Positions 1-14,007 are shown, counted from the first letter of the stretch. The stretch is 64,000 nucleotides of DNA from Octopus vulgaris (GCA_951406725.2 OX597819.1:117676001-117740000); one strand, 5' to 3'. Numbers and translations are program-made. The notes: generated by a model from the letters alone, not told the origin.

Positions 1-88
1 CTTAAAAAGAATAAGGCCTGGTGTCGAGTTCCTCTACTAAAGGCAGGGCCCCAGCAAGGTCGCAGTCAAATGTCTGAAACCAGTAAAT
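1..88 (+). mobile_element. 3' end fragment of SINE family A
   Basis: aagaataag...ggtgtcgag...actaaaggc...ccagcaaggtcgcagtcaaatgtctgaaaccagtaaa matches the 3' end of the full copies (e.g. 28455-28563). Confidence 0.8.
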
Positions 89-104
89 ATATATATATAT
101 ATAG

Positions 105-141
<37 letters not shown>

Positions 142-229
142 TATATCTACATCTATATATATATATTCGTATAAATTTATGAACGAATAATATTATAATT
201 ATTTGTATATATACATATATGTGTATATT

Positions 230-545
230 GTATTGTCTGGGAATCTCCGATTCATCTGATTTACAAGCAGTAACACACTCCTGAAACTAGGGGAGCTTGT
301 CACATGAAAGCAGTTAAAAAGGAATGTGTACGTTGTAGATTGACTTGCAGGTGAGCAATAACTTGTTATTGCAGTTATTGAGGTACCTGGGAAGTGGAAC
401 GCTAAATGAGCAAGGAAAAGAAGAGAAACCAACATTTCAGGAGTTGCACGTAATATATACCTTGAGATCAGACAGTACCGAAGAGTAGAGGTCATTATCG
501 TTACAGTAGATAATGATGATGGCGAAAATGTGTTGGATAAACAGA
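230..545 (-). mobile_element. Highly decayed Penelope-like element linker/GIY-YIG remnant
   Basis: Minus-strand translation LSNTFSPSSLSTVTIMTSTLRYCLISR...[12 protein letters not shown] weakly resembles the PLE linker (IFPxPPLxxxRRxxNLRDxLVxS) and the YVGQTxRRF region seen at 30.5-30.9 kb. Confidence 0.3.
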
Positions 546-1923
546 TAGATAGAAAGATCCGAATTTGTACTAACAAGTAAGTTTTTTTTATATACCCGTG
601 TGACTGTCTCTCTCTCTCTCACTCTCGCCTTCATTCTTTTCCCTCTTCTTTTCCTTACCCTCTCACTTCTATTCTAGCCTTTCCACTTAATCATCTTCTC
701 TCTCTCTCTCTCTCTCACTCTTGTATTCCTAGCCTTTCTCCTTCCCGTTCATCCCCCTCCCTTTCTTCTATGTCGCCCCCTCTCCCCCCTATCTTTCTCC
801 TCTGTCTGTTGGTGCCACCTGACCAGCATCCAGTTCTTTTTCTTCCTTATTTAGACTGGTCCCTCAGCTGACAAGTCGCAAATTCTCTGTCTTTCAATCT
901 TTCATGAAATTTTCCAAGCGATAGCCACTGTTCTCGTCTTCTGTTCTCGTCTCCTGTTCACCAGATACAGAAGGTTGTCTCGAATTGACGTGCTCTGCTG
1001 CTATCTGAATTACTTCTGAATAAAGCAGTAGTGGATTTCAAAATATGGAAGATGACCTTTCTAGAGTTTTATCAATTATTAACCTTATGTGATATATTAC
1101 CCTGCGCTGAATCGGGGAGGTTATTTTCATGCAGTCCTAAGTATGATCATAAAGAGTTTCCGCTATGGAAGATAGTGGTTAACAGAACGTTATAATGTTC
1201 GGAATGAACATTAGACGTGTAGTTGCGTGCTTCTCGTATTAAAGGTGTCTTAACTGGAATAGATTTTATTCAAGTAGGAAGAGATTCAGTTTTTCTACTA
1301 TTGAAAACGCACGATCCATATTCCTCCATTGGAATTTCCTGTTACATTCTACATTCTCAGTTCATAGAGGCAATATCTCTCTCTCTTTCTCTCTTTCTCG
1401 ATAAATGTGTATGTATGTGTTTTCGTGAGTCGATAGAGAGATATACGTAAATAAACACACACACATATACAGGCATAGATAGACAGGTTGATTGACAGTT
1501 AGAGAGACACAGATAAACTTATCCGTGACAATTTGAGGACGGTCTAGCACAACCAATAAATAAATATACAGACACGTAACAAAAATAAGCGAACGAAAAC
1601 AAAAGAATGCAGATAGTAAAGATATATCAAATTTCTTCATTGCTAAGGCAAAGAAGTCACTAATCAGACGACAAAGGTTTCAATACGGCACCCATACATG
1701 TTGTCAACAAGGAAATCACAGCTGCTTCTGACTATGCAACATCTTCAAGTTCAAAGGTTAGGAATTGCCATCATTCCTTTATCGCCAAAGTCTGATTTTC
1801 CCACCACCTTTATTAAAAACCGTCGTATATAGAATCATGAATGTTAACTTTTCATTAATTTAGGTAGTAGCCGCATGATTGACCTGAAAAACGTGAATGC
1901 TCCTGCGTAAACAGAACATACTT

Positions 1924-2155
1924 ATTTCTTTACTGCCCACAAGGGACTACATACAGAGAGGACAAACAAGGACAGACAAACAGATTAAGTTGATTATATC
2001 GACCCCAGGGCGTAACTGGTACTTATTTGATTGACCCCGAAATGATGAAAGGCAAAGTTGACCCCGGCGGAATTTGAACTCAGAACGTAGAGACAAACGA
2101 AATACTTCTAAGCATTTCGCCCGGCGTACTAACGTTTCTGCCAGCTCGCCGCCTT
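1924..2155 (-). mobile_element. SINE family B (about 235 bp, tRNA-derived head), full length
   Basis: Near-identical to 19332-19568 and 32459-32690. Minus strand carries a B-box-like GAGTTCAAATTCC. 13-bp direct repeat acagaacatactt at 1911-1923 and 2171-2183. Confidence 0.9.
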
Positions 2156-3479
2156 GAACTTACTTGCTACACAGAACATACTTGGTACCTCAGACGAAAG
2201 GTTTGGTGAACTGCAAAATACTACAAGCACCATATCGAAATAGTTCATCCAGGTTTGTGGCCTGTCTATGTGTCGATCATTTTACACACTAAAAATAGAT
2301 CCTAGACTAGGGAGAGTTTTATTTTCCCCAAATGAGGATCGGCCTGTAAAAACAGACTTATTTAACCATACTTATGCAATAGCCTAACATCAACTTATCC
2401 ACAGATAACCAAGCTTCTGCGGGAAGACAGAAGATTAGTAATGGGAATGGGTTTGAACCGATCTCTAGATCTCGCAGTACTCACTAAGCAGTTCTATGCC
2501 GAGACCATAAAACTTTATGCATTAATATTTTCCGCAAATCAAGAATTCTTGCTCAGCATAACAGCATGTCACCACGTTTTGCCGTTGCCCCACATTATCT
2601 CTCTTGATCTAATGCCAGCTATCTGGAAAGTATGGACCTGAAGGCTAGTTACTTCATCTACACCATATTTAAATGATGCTCGAGCATACACACAGTGACA
2701 CACAGACACACACATACAGACGCACACATACTCTCAAACACAGATATATATATAAATATATATAGACTCAATTATATATACATACATATGCCTGTAGCTG
2801 CGCATAGATATTTGTGTACATTTGTGAGAGTGTGTTCTCATTTTAAGGAAAATAACAGTAGAAGTGTTATTGATTGGGAAAAATCAATAATAAAATTATT
2901 GCGAAATTTTATAACAAAATATATAAACTGTATGAACTCTATATACATGACAGGCCTATGAGGAGATATTCTCTCTCTTAAACTTGACTTAAACGCATTG
3001 GACAGTTATTCCAACATCATGTCAAACAGTAAATTACTTGACTAGTCTAAATCAAACTAATAGCAGTAGCAGTGGACGTATTCAAACATGCCATGTGAAA
3101 ACTTTACATTTGCTCGTAAACAAAATTCTACATGAGGGAGATGGCAATTCTGATACATTATTTTAGTGTGCCGTATGACGATATTATTTTAAATGTATGC
3201 ATCAAATATACCTGCCATGTCCTATTTTACTTTAAATATTTCTCATCTACAGTATATTATTAAAATTGTCTCCTTTAAGATAAAGGAAGAAATATTTTTG
3301 CCTTAACAAATTTTCGTCGCTCGTAACAAAATCCCACCTAATCATAAGGTGTGCTCTCCTGGATCCCCCCATAATCCTTTCACATTTGATTCTCATAAAC
3401 ACACAAGACCGATAAAGATGAAATATCATTAAAACGCATTTTAACAAGGGTTTTTTTCTTTTTTATGAGCAAATGATAC

Positions 3480-3985
3480 TTTAGGTTTCAAAGATTAATG
3501 ACTTTCTTCAAAGCTCAGGTGAGACACCGAAAGAAGTATTGCTCTCATATCTTGATGGCTGTTGCTGTGTCCATGCACCATCTAGAATATGGTCACATTA
3601 CTGATTAGTATAAAATCAGAGAACAATCCAAAATCCTGATCTACACTTGGATTTTCTCCACTGTCATTTCTGCTGTAAATGTAATGGCCTGTGTTCCGAG
3701 ATGGAATCCCACCTACTTTACCCATTCCCCCTCCACTCAGGCATTTCTTACTGAAAACTCTTTTCAGATAATGTCTTGTCTTATATGCCCCGTTGTATGC
3801 ATGGCATGAAATCCATCTCTCACAGATCGGCGTAACTCTGAAATTTTCCCTGCTTATCTCTTAGTTGCAGATGTTGAATTGGAAATGCTTGAGGAGAATA
3901 GCAATGGAGTGAATCTCAACCACTCGAGGTGGACCGGAGAACAACGTTTGCACCTGCCCTTATCCCAAGCATATCAAGTAAAAGA
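3480..3985 (+). mobile_element. Decayed CR1/L2/Jockey-group LINE 3' fragment (RT C-terminus)
   Basis: Plus-strand pieces KAQVRHRKKYCSHI (cf. YKAQVRPxMEYCSHIW), NGLCSE and FPAYLLVADVELEMLEENSNGVNL, with frameshifts and stops. Confidence 0.55.
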
Positions 3986-4445
3986 AAATGTTTATATATA
4001 TATATAGCTCATTGTTTGAACAGAATTCAAAAATACTTATCGAATTAAAAATAAAGGGAAAATAGTGTAGTTATACAAGTCATTGTTGCTTACAAGACAC
4101 AATTGTAACAATTTAAACAGGTTTTCATTTGTTTAGACATGGTTTTACTGATCCATTACAAATGTGTGTCTTGGGCGTAAATAATGTATGTCTAAGATGA
4201 AAGGATAGGCATCAACATTAACTCGACTCCTTCTACAGCTATCTAAAGTGAATTAGGATGGTTTTATGATAAAGACATTTTCTGCCTATTCTCATTGTTC
4301 GTAGATGTTTAGTCTCAGTGAATATCATGACAGGCAAAGATCTTTTACCATAGCCACGGATTGTCAAGTGGAAAATGGATTAAATTTCGTATTCAGACAG
4401 TGTGAAACGAAACAATGATTGATTCTCTGCAGAGTCGTTCGGTTT

Positions 4446-4527
4446 AATAGAAATAGCAGCTTTATAAATAACTGTTTAATAGAAATAACAGCTTTAGAAA
4501 TAACTGTTTAATACAAATAACAGCTAA
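4446..4527. repeat. About 31-bp tandem repeat, roughly 2.6 copies
   Basis: aatagaaata(g/a)cagcttta(t/g)aaataactgttt repeated in tandem. Confidence 0.8.
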
Positions 4528-7500
4528 TCTTAATTAAACCACACAGTTACTTTTTATGAATGCATTAAATATTGATACTCTTGGAAATGACCTTCCGTTA
4601 GAGGTCATTTGAAAGAAGCATTATTCTTAGTCTATATAATAGCAGATAAAACAAGAATGAGTAACACTACTTAATAACATTTACTAACGAGATATCTTAA
4701 TACATCTGCTTCCTAGTGGTTCTTGAGCTCAGAAATCTTAAAAGTAATATTTATTTTGTCTCATAAAATTTATAGCTTTATTAAAATTCGTGTTTCACCT
4801 GTTCACCTGCAGGAATATTACAATATCTGTGTTGCCATGTTTATATTTCGTTATTTTAACCTAAAAATACATTTACGTTTTGAAATAAAAATTAGTTGTG
4901 TCTACACAGAGAAGTTTATGAACACATGAGAAGTTATATTAACATAGAACCAGGCAAACTACATGTGGTCGTACAAATATATACAAGGAAATATGTAGAA
5001 ATATATAGATACAAATACATAGAAATGCAACATAATTATCTTGCGTAGTGGATTAATGTGTTCTTGTGTATACTGACTTCATGAGAATGTATATGAGATT
5101 TATTAGATGAAAAAAAAAGATAATACCATTCTACTGTATAAACAACATTTTATAAATTAGCGCAGACATTCATTTAAATATTTGAGTGTAATGTTTATAC
5201 ATATTAGATATAACCTTAAGGGAGTCTCTGCTATTTGCACGTATACGTCCACACATATATACTGATACTCACCGACACAATATAATATAAATATATAATT
5301 CATTCAGTTTTCTTTTGATCGTAATTTCTCTTAGTTTATTACGTTTTTTGTACACATATCAAGGAACAGTCATACTCATAAAATAGCAATGATTGCTGAT
5401 CAACACAGTGGTAAAATTTCTTTAACTTACCTAAGGTTGTTGCAACGACAATGCAAGGCAAACTTTGTTTATGCCATTTTAAAAACAAATAATGTTTTTC
5501 CTAAAACCATTTCATACGATATTTGTGAAATATGAATATTACAGCAAAGCCCAATTTTATAATTTCTCTACGAAGAGAAACTAACAACCATGTCCTTACA
5601 GCTAAAAAAGAGCGTGTTGCAATTGAAACCCACTCGTATTAGAAAATGGACAAGTAACATTCTGTGTAGCAGCAAACTGTCTAAGATTTTAAGTGATTTT
5701 CCTGAAACCGTTGCATTTGAATGTATCCTTTCTTTGTTAATGTTTTTTGCGTAATTGACAAGGAAGCAAAACTATCATGGCTTTTTTCCCTTGTTTCCCT
5801 TTTTTTATGCTCAATACACCAACTGTGTTTCTCTTAGCTAAAAGAAGATTCAATGATCTGTCATTCATATTACATGGAAAGATACCAGCCACTGCTGCAA
5901 CTTCAAAAGATAGCTAGAATCAAAAGCAAGCAAGAAAAGAAATAAAACAATCAAGGAAGAAAGAGTTACACACGAAAGTGAAAGCTTTTCTTAAGTAGCT
6001 GTCAGTTCAGAATTTCTTACCCGGGATCTGATTCAATACCCGATTAGTACAAAACTACCAACGAAAAAAAAATACGATGAAAGTAAGACAGTGTTCTAAG
6101 GAAGATATCCATATCGATTTTGTGACATGATATGGCCACGAGAATTTTCAGGTTATATCCGCAGGATAAATGCAAAACTGACAGTATATATCTGCCAACA
6201 CGTCGTTCATATTGCTAATAAATTCCTTAAAGAAACGTCTATGTTTAGTTTTTCTTCGGTAAGATCCTTCTCCTACAGCTGTTATACGTGACATTCAACA
6301 ATCTGATTTGCTTTAGACTTTACTGTTGTTCTATTTGGTGCAATTTCTCTTCGATAAAATATTAATGTGCATGATACTATATTTAGAAGAAAATTGTTTT
6401 TTCTCCAGCGGCCACTTTTTTCTCCGATCTTCGTTCTTCCCCTCCGCTAGTCATCTGAATATTTCGATATTTTTCTCTATTCTCCTAACTTTTTCTCTCA
6501 TTGATTTCTTTGCCTCACTTTCTACGGAGTCTAAACTCTATTTGTATATTTATTTTTACAGTTATGGATTTCTTTTGACTAGTTTCTATTCCAGTTATAA
6601 TGTATGAATTGATCGCTGGCAATAAATTTATTTCAGTAAATTTGCTAATATATCATTAATTAATTATATACCCTGCATGTGGAATCTGAATCAAACCTCG
6701 AGGGCTTTCCTTAGAAAAAGTGTCACAAGAAGCTACACATTATTTTAATGAGTTTTATCCCGCATTCTATCATTCTCCAAACGCTTGACTGCCTGTTTAA
6801 TCACACTGAAATATGTAATTTCATTCACCTCATTTTTCCAACGTCTATTCCCACGGTGCTCTTGATATTATGTAAATTACTTTTGTATACATTAACGTCC
6901 AGTAACCCATGCTAACTGCGGAATTGAATGTTTAACATTTAGATTTTCTTCACAGTACCTATGGACTATCTAAATCACTTTCAATAGTTATTGCATAACC
7001 TATTATTAAAGAATTAAAAGCTGGTTCAACGTTACTTCATTCACTGCATTTACTTGAAAGTATTAGAAATAATAGTTGTCTACGGCGAAATTAGGACACG
7101 TCATATGACAGATGATACATTATATAACAGATACTTTATAGAACAGAAGTTTATTCTTTACAAGAATGACTTGATTTGATTATTCAAGAGGGGCAAGAAT
7201 CTAAATAATATCATACCTCTTCATTCTCATTAGATTCTCACGGATTCGAAAGTTGCTCTTAAATTGAAGTAATCTTTCGAAATCTGAGAACATTTTTTTC
7301 AATTAATATGAAGTGTGTTCCAAACGAACGCTATGCACTTGATTGAGTGGACTTTCAAATAAAGAATATTTAACGATACTGTGAGCCTAATCTATAAATA
7401 CCCCAGAGGACAGACGAATCTAACAAGAGACGCTACTCCTGTTAGTAAAACCAAAAGACAACAGTCAAATATTTCAGTTCGAACTTGCCAGAACATTAAT

Positions 7501-9814
7501 TTTGGAATGATGTTTTGCGCACAATACATTAACTATAGTCTGTCTGGAAAACATCAGCACGGATTTTGTTTGCTAATTACCATAAGAGCCTGCACCCTTA
7601 TTATATCATTGGTGCTGTGTATGTCACTGAGGCGACACACATTATGGTCGAAACATCGCGCAATCTGTATGTTCACTTACACAGGTGAATGCCGTGTGTT
7701 ATGAACATATATGATCTAAAGACATACGTTCGTCTGTTACAAAATACTACTTCGATTAGAAATTTACTCACAAATTTGCCAGAAATTATTGAGAATGAAT
7801 AGATACGTTATTATATAGAATACATTTTTAATCATTTCTTGTAAAGGGTATAAAACTTTAGTTAGGTTGTTCAGTTTATCATAAATTCGTAGATTCAAAC
7901 AGTAGGTCAGATAGATATTGGTTAGTTTAATTAATAACACTTCATTTCATGTTGTTTTAGACGTCTTTGCTGTAAATGAGAATGAACTGGATGTTAGGGT
8001 AGATATTTGCATTTAGGTCGAAATTTGCTTCACGTTTCCTAGTGTCAAGAGAGTATCCAGCGTGTCTATGTATGGTAGCAATCAGAGAATTACTTCAAAC
8101 AATTAGCAATAGAAATCTACACATCTTGTATTATCGAAGTTACTACTATATATACAGATTCCTGAAACAGTCTGAGCGAATGGCTTACGTTTTTCGATCT
8201 TGATCTTGAACTGATGAAATTCTGAATGAATTTTTTAGAGTGGAGGTCAGAAAATAAAATTGTTGTCTTTAAATTATAATACGTTTTATGATGTTTTCTT
8301 CCATTTTGTGGTTCAAATGTGCAGCCAGGTCATATTAGGCCACACAGTTATAGCTTAGATTCAGAAATGTAGAAAATTTAATACAATAGTCAGCTAATGA
8401 GATATCAATTCATGAGTAGAAATTTTCCTGACCGAATATACCTATGGCCATCGTCTATAATTTTGAGAACATTTTTAATAAGAATTATTACGTTAAGATC
8501 TGAGAATATAAAGCACAAAATATGTTATAAGTTTCACAAACCTCAGTGATATGCTCAGTTTAAAAATAAAAGAAAAACTTAGTATGAATGCTAATAAGTA
8601 AGGTGATACACAAATACGTTTCTTTACTATTCTAGACATACTCCTTAATTTTTGAGATGTATAAAGTTTCCATTCCCATGAACCACAGAATCTAAAACCC
8701 GCGTATTCAGTGCGTATCAAAAAAACATTGTGATTTATATTATATTCCATTCTGTTAAAACATGCGCGAAATCTGAATAATAGATATTCGCAAACGCATC
8801 AATATCAGATAAACCCATGCGCAAAATTTTATAATTATTATTTATTTAGAAAACTGATACTATTTAGAGAGATAAGTTCGACATGATATAAAACGAGTAA
8901 TTAAATTCTGTCATTGTTTACATTATTTAAATATGTTTCATTTACTTCTCCAGCAAATTTAAACTTTGTCTAATAAAATGGAATTACTTATAGATGTTGA
9001 TATGCAGATATTATTTAATCGTGAAAACTCAGCAAAAGATGATTCACAACATTTATGAAATGGAATTAGTATATTAAAATTTCTTGTCAGATTTTGCACA
9101 GAAGCATTTATGAAAGAACAGAAAGTAGTTCCAAGTCACTCGAAAACTGAAAAGACGGAGAAAGGTTACTAATAGTCTCACACCCTATACAATCATAATT
9201 AAAGATTTATTTGTATATGAGAATGAGTGCTTTAACCTGTCCATATTCACCGCAATTTCATATCAATGTTCACCGCAACAATATATTAAACGGTTTGCAT
9301 ACATATATTTTATCGTTATAAGCATTGAAGGACATAGAGATTTCATTACATTGAAATAGCGAAATATAAATATCTTTATAGGAGAGCAGTAAATATTTAA
9401 TTTGCCATTGAAAAGTTATCAATTTTTAAATATACTATTTTAGAGAAACGTCTCAAAATCGAAGGTATTTTGCCACTGATACAGTGCAGCTATTATTATT
9501 GATAGCATTATTATAGTTCTTGAATATATTTAACGTAATGTGCCAAAAAATAATTTTTAAAAAACGCCTGTTTGTTTACTACATTTTGGTATAACGGAGA
9601 CAGACTTAATACAAATCTTCAGTGAATAATACATAACACCATCTGGATACATCAAAGTAAAGAGACTCATAACGAGTTATAGGTTATTATCAAACGCAGA
9701 TAGCTGAAGAAATTTCAATATCCCAATTTTAACTGCCAATATAAACTGTCATTGTAGCACACTAGCAATTGAATGTAACTACAACGGAGCAGCGACTCCA
9801 CTGCAATAAAAAAA

Positions 9815-9900
9815 ATGTGTGTGGTGTGTGTGTGTGAGTTTCTATGTATTTGCATGTGTATGTGTGTTTGGATGTTTGTGTATGCACGTATGTATATATG

Positions 9901-9931
<31 letters not shown>

Positions 9932-10117
9932 GAATGTATATATATATATATGTATATATAAAACACACACATACATATATATGTGTATATATATACATAC
10001 ACGTATGTATATATACATACACGTATGCATATATATATATATATATATATACATATAATTGTATATATATATTTACGTATATATATATATATATATAAAG
10101 TATATATATATATACAC

Positions 10118-10175
<58 letters not shown>

Positions 10176-10180
10176 GTGCA
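9815..10180. repeat. Compound (TG)n/(TA)n microsatellite
   Basis: Seen directly. It explains the YI/CV-rich ORFs. Confidence 0.95.
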
Positions 10181-10184
10181 ACAA

Positions 10185-10372
10185 AGCACAAAAAAACACA
10201 ACAACGCGAGGACGTGGAACAAATATAGTATTATTGGACGCTTAGGAAAGAAGGAAAGAAGGAGGGTTTAACGTTTCGAGCGGAGCTCTTCGTCGGAAAC
10301 ATAGGAGAAGGAAAGATCCAGAGAAGGGAAGACAAAGGAAAAAATCGCCAACGGGTCACACGTGGTCACATA
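10185..10372 (-). mobile_element. PLE pseudo-LTR-like fragment carrying a minimal hammerhead motif (10266-10300)
   Basis: Homologous to 28640-28830. Minus strand reads GUUU-CCGACGA-A-GAGC-UCC-GCUC-GAAAC-GUU-AAAC. Flanked by (TA)n. Confidence 0.65.
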
Positions 10373-10400
10373 CATATTCAATATATATACATATTCATAT

Positions 10401-10437
<37 letters not shown>

Positions 10438-10980
10438 ACGTGTTTGTGTGTGCCTGTGTGTGTGCGTGTGTATACCTATATAAATGTCTGTGTGTGTCTG
10501 TGTTTCTGTACGCCGTTTATGCTGCTCTCGAAGTCTGTTCGTCCATGTTTGTCTGTGTGTCTTGGTGTGTTTCTTCTTGTGCATCCTGGAAATCACCGCA
10601 TCGAAAATAATATATGGCAGTTTCAATTTTTTTTTTCTTCCCGTCAGTTTCGGTCGCTTTCTTTTAAACTCGAGCTTCTTTATCTTCTCTATACATTCAT
10701 ATCGATCAAAAATAATTGATTATACATAGATACAAAGTAATCGACCAGAACATTTTGTTACGTTGCTCCAGCATGAGCACTGGCCAATTACTGAAACGAG
10801 TCAATGAATAAAATAATGAGCAGAGTGAAATATACTGGAAATGATATATTCAGCGAAGGCTGACAACCGTATATCTTCTTTCGGTCACATTCACAAGTAA
10901 TTCATTTCATGGAAACAAACTATTAACACATTTCCTCCGAAGTAATTCAAATTTGTATTTATTTTCAAATTTACAAATTT

Positions 10981-11373
10981 TTTACTCTTTTACTTGTTTC
11001 AGTCATTTCTTTGCGGCCATGCTGGAGCACCGCCTTTAGTCGAGCAAATCGACCCCAGGACTTATTCTTTGTAAGTCTAGTACTTATTCTATCGGACTCT
11101 ATTGCCGAACCGCTATGTTACGGGAACGTACACACACATGCATCGGTTGCCAAGCGAGTTTTTGGAGAAAAACAGACACGCAAACACTCACAATCATATA
11201 AATATACATATATACGACGGGCTTCTTTCAGATTCCGTCTACCAAATCCACTCACAAGGCTTTGGCCGGACCGATGCTATAGTAGAAGGCACTTGCTCAA
11301 GATTCCACGCAATGGGAGTGAACCCGGAACTATGTGGCTGGTAGGCAAGATTCCTACGACACAGACACTCCTG
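10981..11373 (-). mobile_element. SINE family A, full length
   Basis: Reverse complement of the 28142-28563 and 62151-62565 copies: tRNA-like head (TGTGTGGTAAG...GGGTTCAGTCCC), internal TA/CA tract, (agtaaaag)n tail. Confidence 0.9.
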
Positions 11374-11459
11374 CGAACAGCACCGGTTTCAGTTAGTCAA
11401 TTACTGATCCCATTTATCCTATAATACAACTTATCAGAAAGGTAATATTTAATGGTTCA

Positions 11460-11665
11460 AAGGAGGTGTCTGCCAGAATTATCACGCCAAGCAAAATGCA
11501 TAGCAGCATATCATCCGTCTTATCATTCCGAGTTCACATTCTGCCGCTGACGATATTGTGTTACATCCCATTGGAAACGATATATTGGATACCAGTTGAG
11601 CAATATGGCTAATGTAATTGACCCTTCAGAGGAACTTGTTGGCTTTGTACCAAATTTTAAAAACA
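11460..11665 (+). mobile_element. Degenerate SINE family B-related copy
   Basis: aaggaggtgtctgccagaattatcacgccaagcaaaatgcatagc...ccgagttcacattctgccg aligns with the family B head. Confidence 0.55.
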
Positions 11666-11701
11666 ATATTTAATAGTTCAAATTATTAGATATATAAAAC
11701 T

Positions 11702-12145
11702 TGAGTGGCTGTGTGGACAGTAGGTTTCTTACGAACCACATGGTTCCGAGTTCACTCCCACTGTGTGGCACCTTGAGTGACTGTCTTCAACCATAGCCCC
11801 GGGCCGAACGAATCATTGTGAGTGGATTTGGTAGACGGAAACTGAAAGAAGCCCGTCGTCATATATATATGTATATATATATATATTTTTTTTTTTACAA
11901 TTGAGGATAAAATCTTTATAAGAAATTATCAGTATATATGTATATATATATATGTATGTGTGTGTATATGTTTGTGTGTCTGTGTTTGTCTCTCCAACAT
12001 CACTTAACAACCGATGCTGTTGTGCTTACGTTCCTGTAACTTAGCGGTTCAGCAAAAGAGGCCGATAGAATAAGTACTACGCTTACAAGGAATAAGTCCT
12101 GGGGTCGATTTTCATGGTAGACTGAAGCAAGTAAACAAGAAAGAG
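11702..12145 (+). mobile_element. SINE family A
   Basis: gagtggctgtgtgg head, gtagacggaaactgaaagaagcccgtcg, internal microsatellite, gatagaataagtact...ggggtcgat, partly deleted tail. Confidence 0.9.
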
Positions 12146-12214
12146 AATATGATATAGGACGTCATGAGTTAGGAATTGCAGTCATTTATTTAAAATATAT
12201 TTGCTTTCTGGATC

Positions 12215-12595
12215 ATTTAACCGTTTAAATCATTGTGCTGCAGCCATACAGCAGCTCAGCCTTAAAAGATTTCGTTGCACAAATCAACCATAGCAATTAT
12301 ACGTTGCGAGCCTATTGTGTTTTGTTACCCTCCTTGGTTATGATGGCCTAAACAAACCAAAATCGGTGGTGACGAAAAAGGGAGTAATATAAAGGCACGC
12401 ACGCACACATACATGTATATACATATCTATATATGACGAGCTTCTTTCGGTTTCCATCTACCAAGTATACTCACAAGGCTTTAGTCGGCCCGAGGCTCTA
12501 GTAGAAAACAATTGCATAAAGGGGCAGAAAGTTGGACTGAACCTAGAGCTATTTGGTTGGAAAGCTATCTCCGTACCTCATAGGCTCGCCAGCGC
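12215..12595 (-). mobile_element. Older degenerate SINE family A-related copy
   Basis: gacgagcttctttcggtttccatctaccaag...ctcacaaggctttagtcggcccgaggc at 12435-12497. Flanks are decayed. Confidence 0.65.
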
Positions 12596-12748
12596 CAATG
12601 CGTATCTAAAAACATATAAACGACTGGCTGTGGTCGGGTTGGGCTAAAAGTAAAAGACGATTGCCCAAGTTTCCACTGGGTAGGATCGAAACCGTGAAAT
12701 ATGTTGACGGAAAGAATTTGTTTATCACACAGCTACGCCTGCACCATT

Positions 12749-13001
12749 ACTCTTCTTACTCTTTTACTTGTTTCAGCCATTTGACTGTGGCCATGCTGGA
12801 GCACCGCCTTTAGTCGAGTAAATCGACCCCAGGACTTATTCTTTGTAAGACTAGTACTTATTCTATGGGTCGCTTTTGACGAACCGCTAAGTAATGGGGA
12901 CATGAACACACCAGCATCGGTTGTCAAGCGACGTTGGGGGGACAAACACAGATACACACAGACACACACACACATACACACACACATACACACACACACA
13001 T

Positions 13002-13074
<73 letters not shown>

Positions 13075-13585
13075 TGTGAAGGCGCATGGTTCAGTGGTTA
13101 GAGCGTCGAGCTTACGATCGTGAGGTTGTGAGCTCGAATCCCGGACCGGGCTGCGTGTTGTGTTCTTGAGCAAGGCACTTTATTTCACGTTGCTCCAGTT
13201 CACTCAGCTGTAGAAATGAGTTGCGACGTCACTGGTGCCAAGCTGTATCGGCTTTTGTCTTTCCCTTGGATAACACCGGTGGCGTGGAGAGGGGAGGCTG
13301 GTATGCATGGGCGACTGCTGGTCTTCCATAAACAACCTTGCCCGGACTTGTGTCTAGGAGGGTAACTTTCTAGGTGCAATCCCATTGTCATTCATGACCG
13401 AAGGGAGTCTTTACCCCTTTTACACATATATACGATGGGCTTCTTTCAGTTTCCGTCTACCATATCCACTCACAATGTTTTGGTCGGCCCGAAGCTATAG
13501 TAAAAGACACTTGCCGAAAGTGCCACGCAGTGGGACTGAACCCGGAACCATGTGGTTCGTAAACAAGCTACTTACCACACAGCCA
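12749..13585 (-). mobile_element. SINE family A, interrupted by SINE family C
   Basis: 3' half at 12749-12960 and 5' half at 13430-13585, with the internal microsatellite split by the insertion at 13076-13423. Confidence 0.9.
13076..13423 (+). mobile_element. SINE family C (tRNA-derived head plus CORE/Meta-like central domain)
   Basis: A box TGGTTCAGTGG and B box GCTCGAATCC, followed by gtgttcttgagcaaggcacttta...cagctgtagaaatgagt, which resembles conserved SINE central domains. Possible low-complexity TSD acatatat. Confidence 0.85.
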
Positions 13586-14007
13586 CAAGTTTCCGCTGAC
13601 TAGGATCGAAGCCGTGAAATATATGGACGGAACGAATTTTATTATCACACAGCCACGCCTGTACCATTGATAATATTTTTTCTTTTTTTATATTTCAATA
13701 TTTATAATTCTTGTTAATGTTCCCGTAAATTGCCTTCTATTATTTAGAAATATTGTGATGAAAATTAGGATGTCTATCAATGTGAAGCTGTTTTTAAAGA
13801 ATCAGTCAATTATGTATAGCGAGTATAATTCCTATCGTCTGCGCGAAATTGGTGTCTGAAATGTCGACATCAGCCTAAAAAAAACGAAAGAGAGCTTATT
13901 AAGTATATGTCGTTAACTTATTTCATGGTTCATTGATGATGGTGATAGGTGGCTGCTCGAAAATGATGTAGATAATATTATTGGATAAATAAATGAATAA
14001 TGGTGAT

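Noticed and set aside
5400-7050. Possible very old LINE ORF2 on the minus strand
   Set aside because: Only vague motif echoes are visible, too decayed to support without a profile search.
7627-7660. Hammerhead-like CUGAGGC-GAC...GUC-GAAAC
   Set aside because: A9 is mutated and no stem III, NUH site or stem I can be formed. At best a dead relic.
9715-10271. Long ORFs rich in YI, CV or HT dipeptides (also at 12.7-13.1, 13.9-14.3, 24.8-25.1, 29-30.2, 42.3, 50.3, 54.7 and 62.6 kb)
   Set aside because: They are translations of TA, TG and CA microsatellites, which lack stop codons in these frames.
13076-13150. tRNA-like sequence (also 59949-60015 and the family A and B heads)
   Set aside because: A and B boxes continue into SINE bodies, and the acceptor stems do not close, so these are not tRNA genes.
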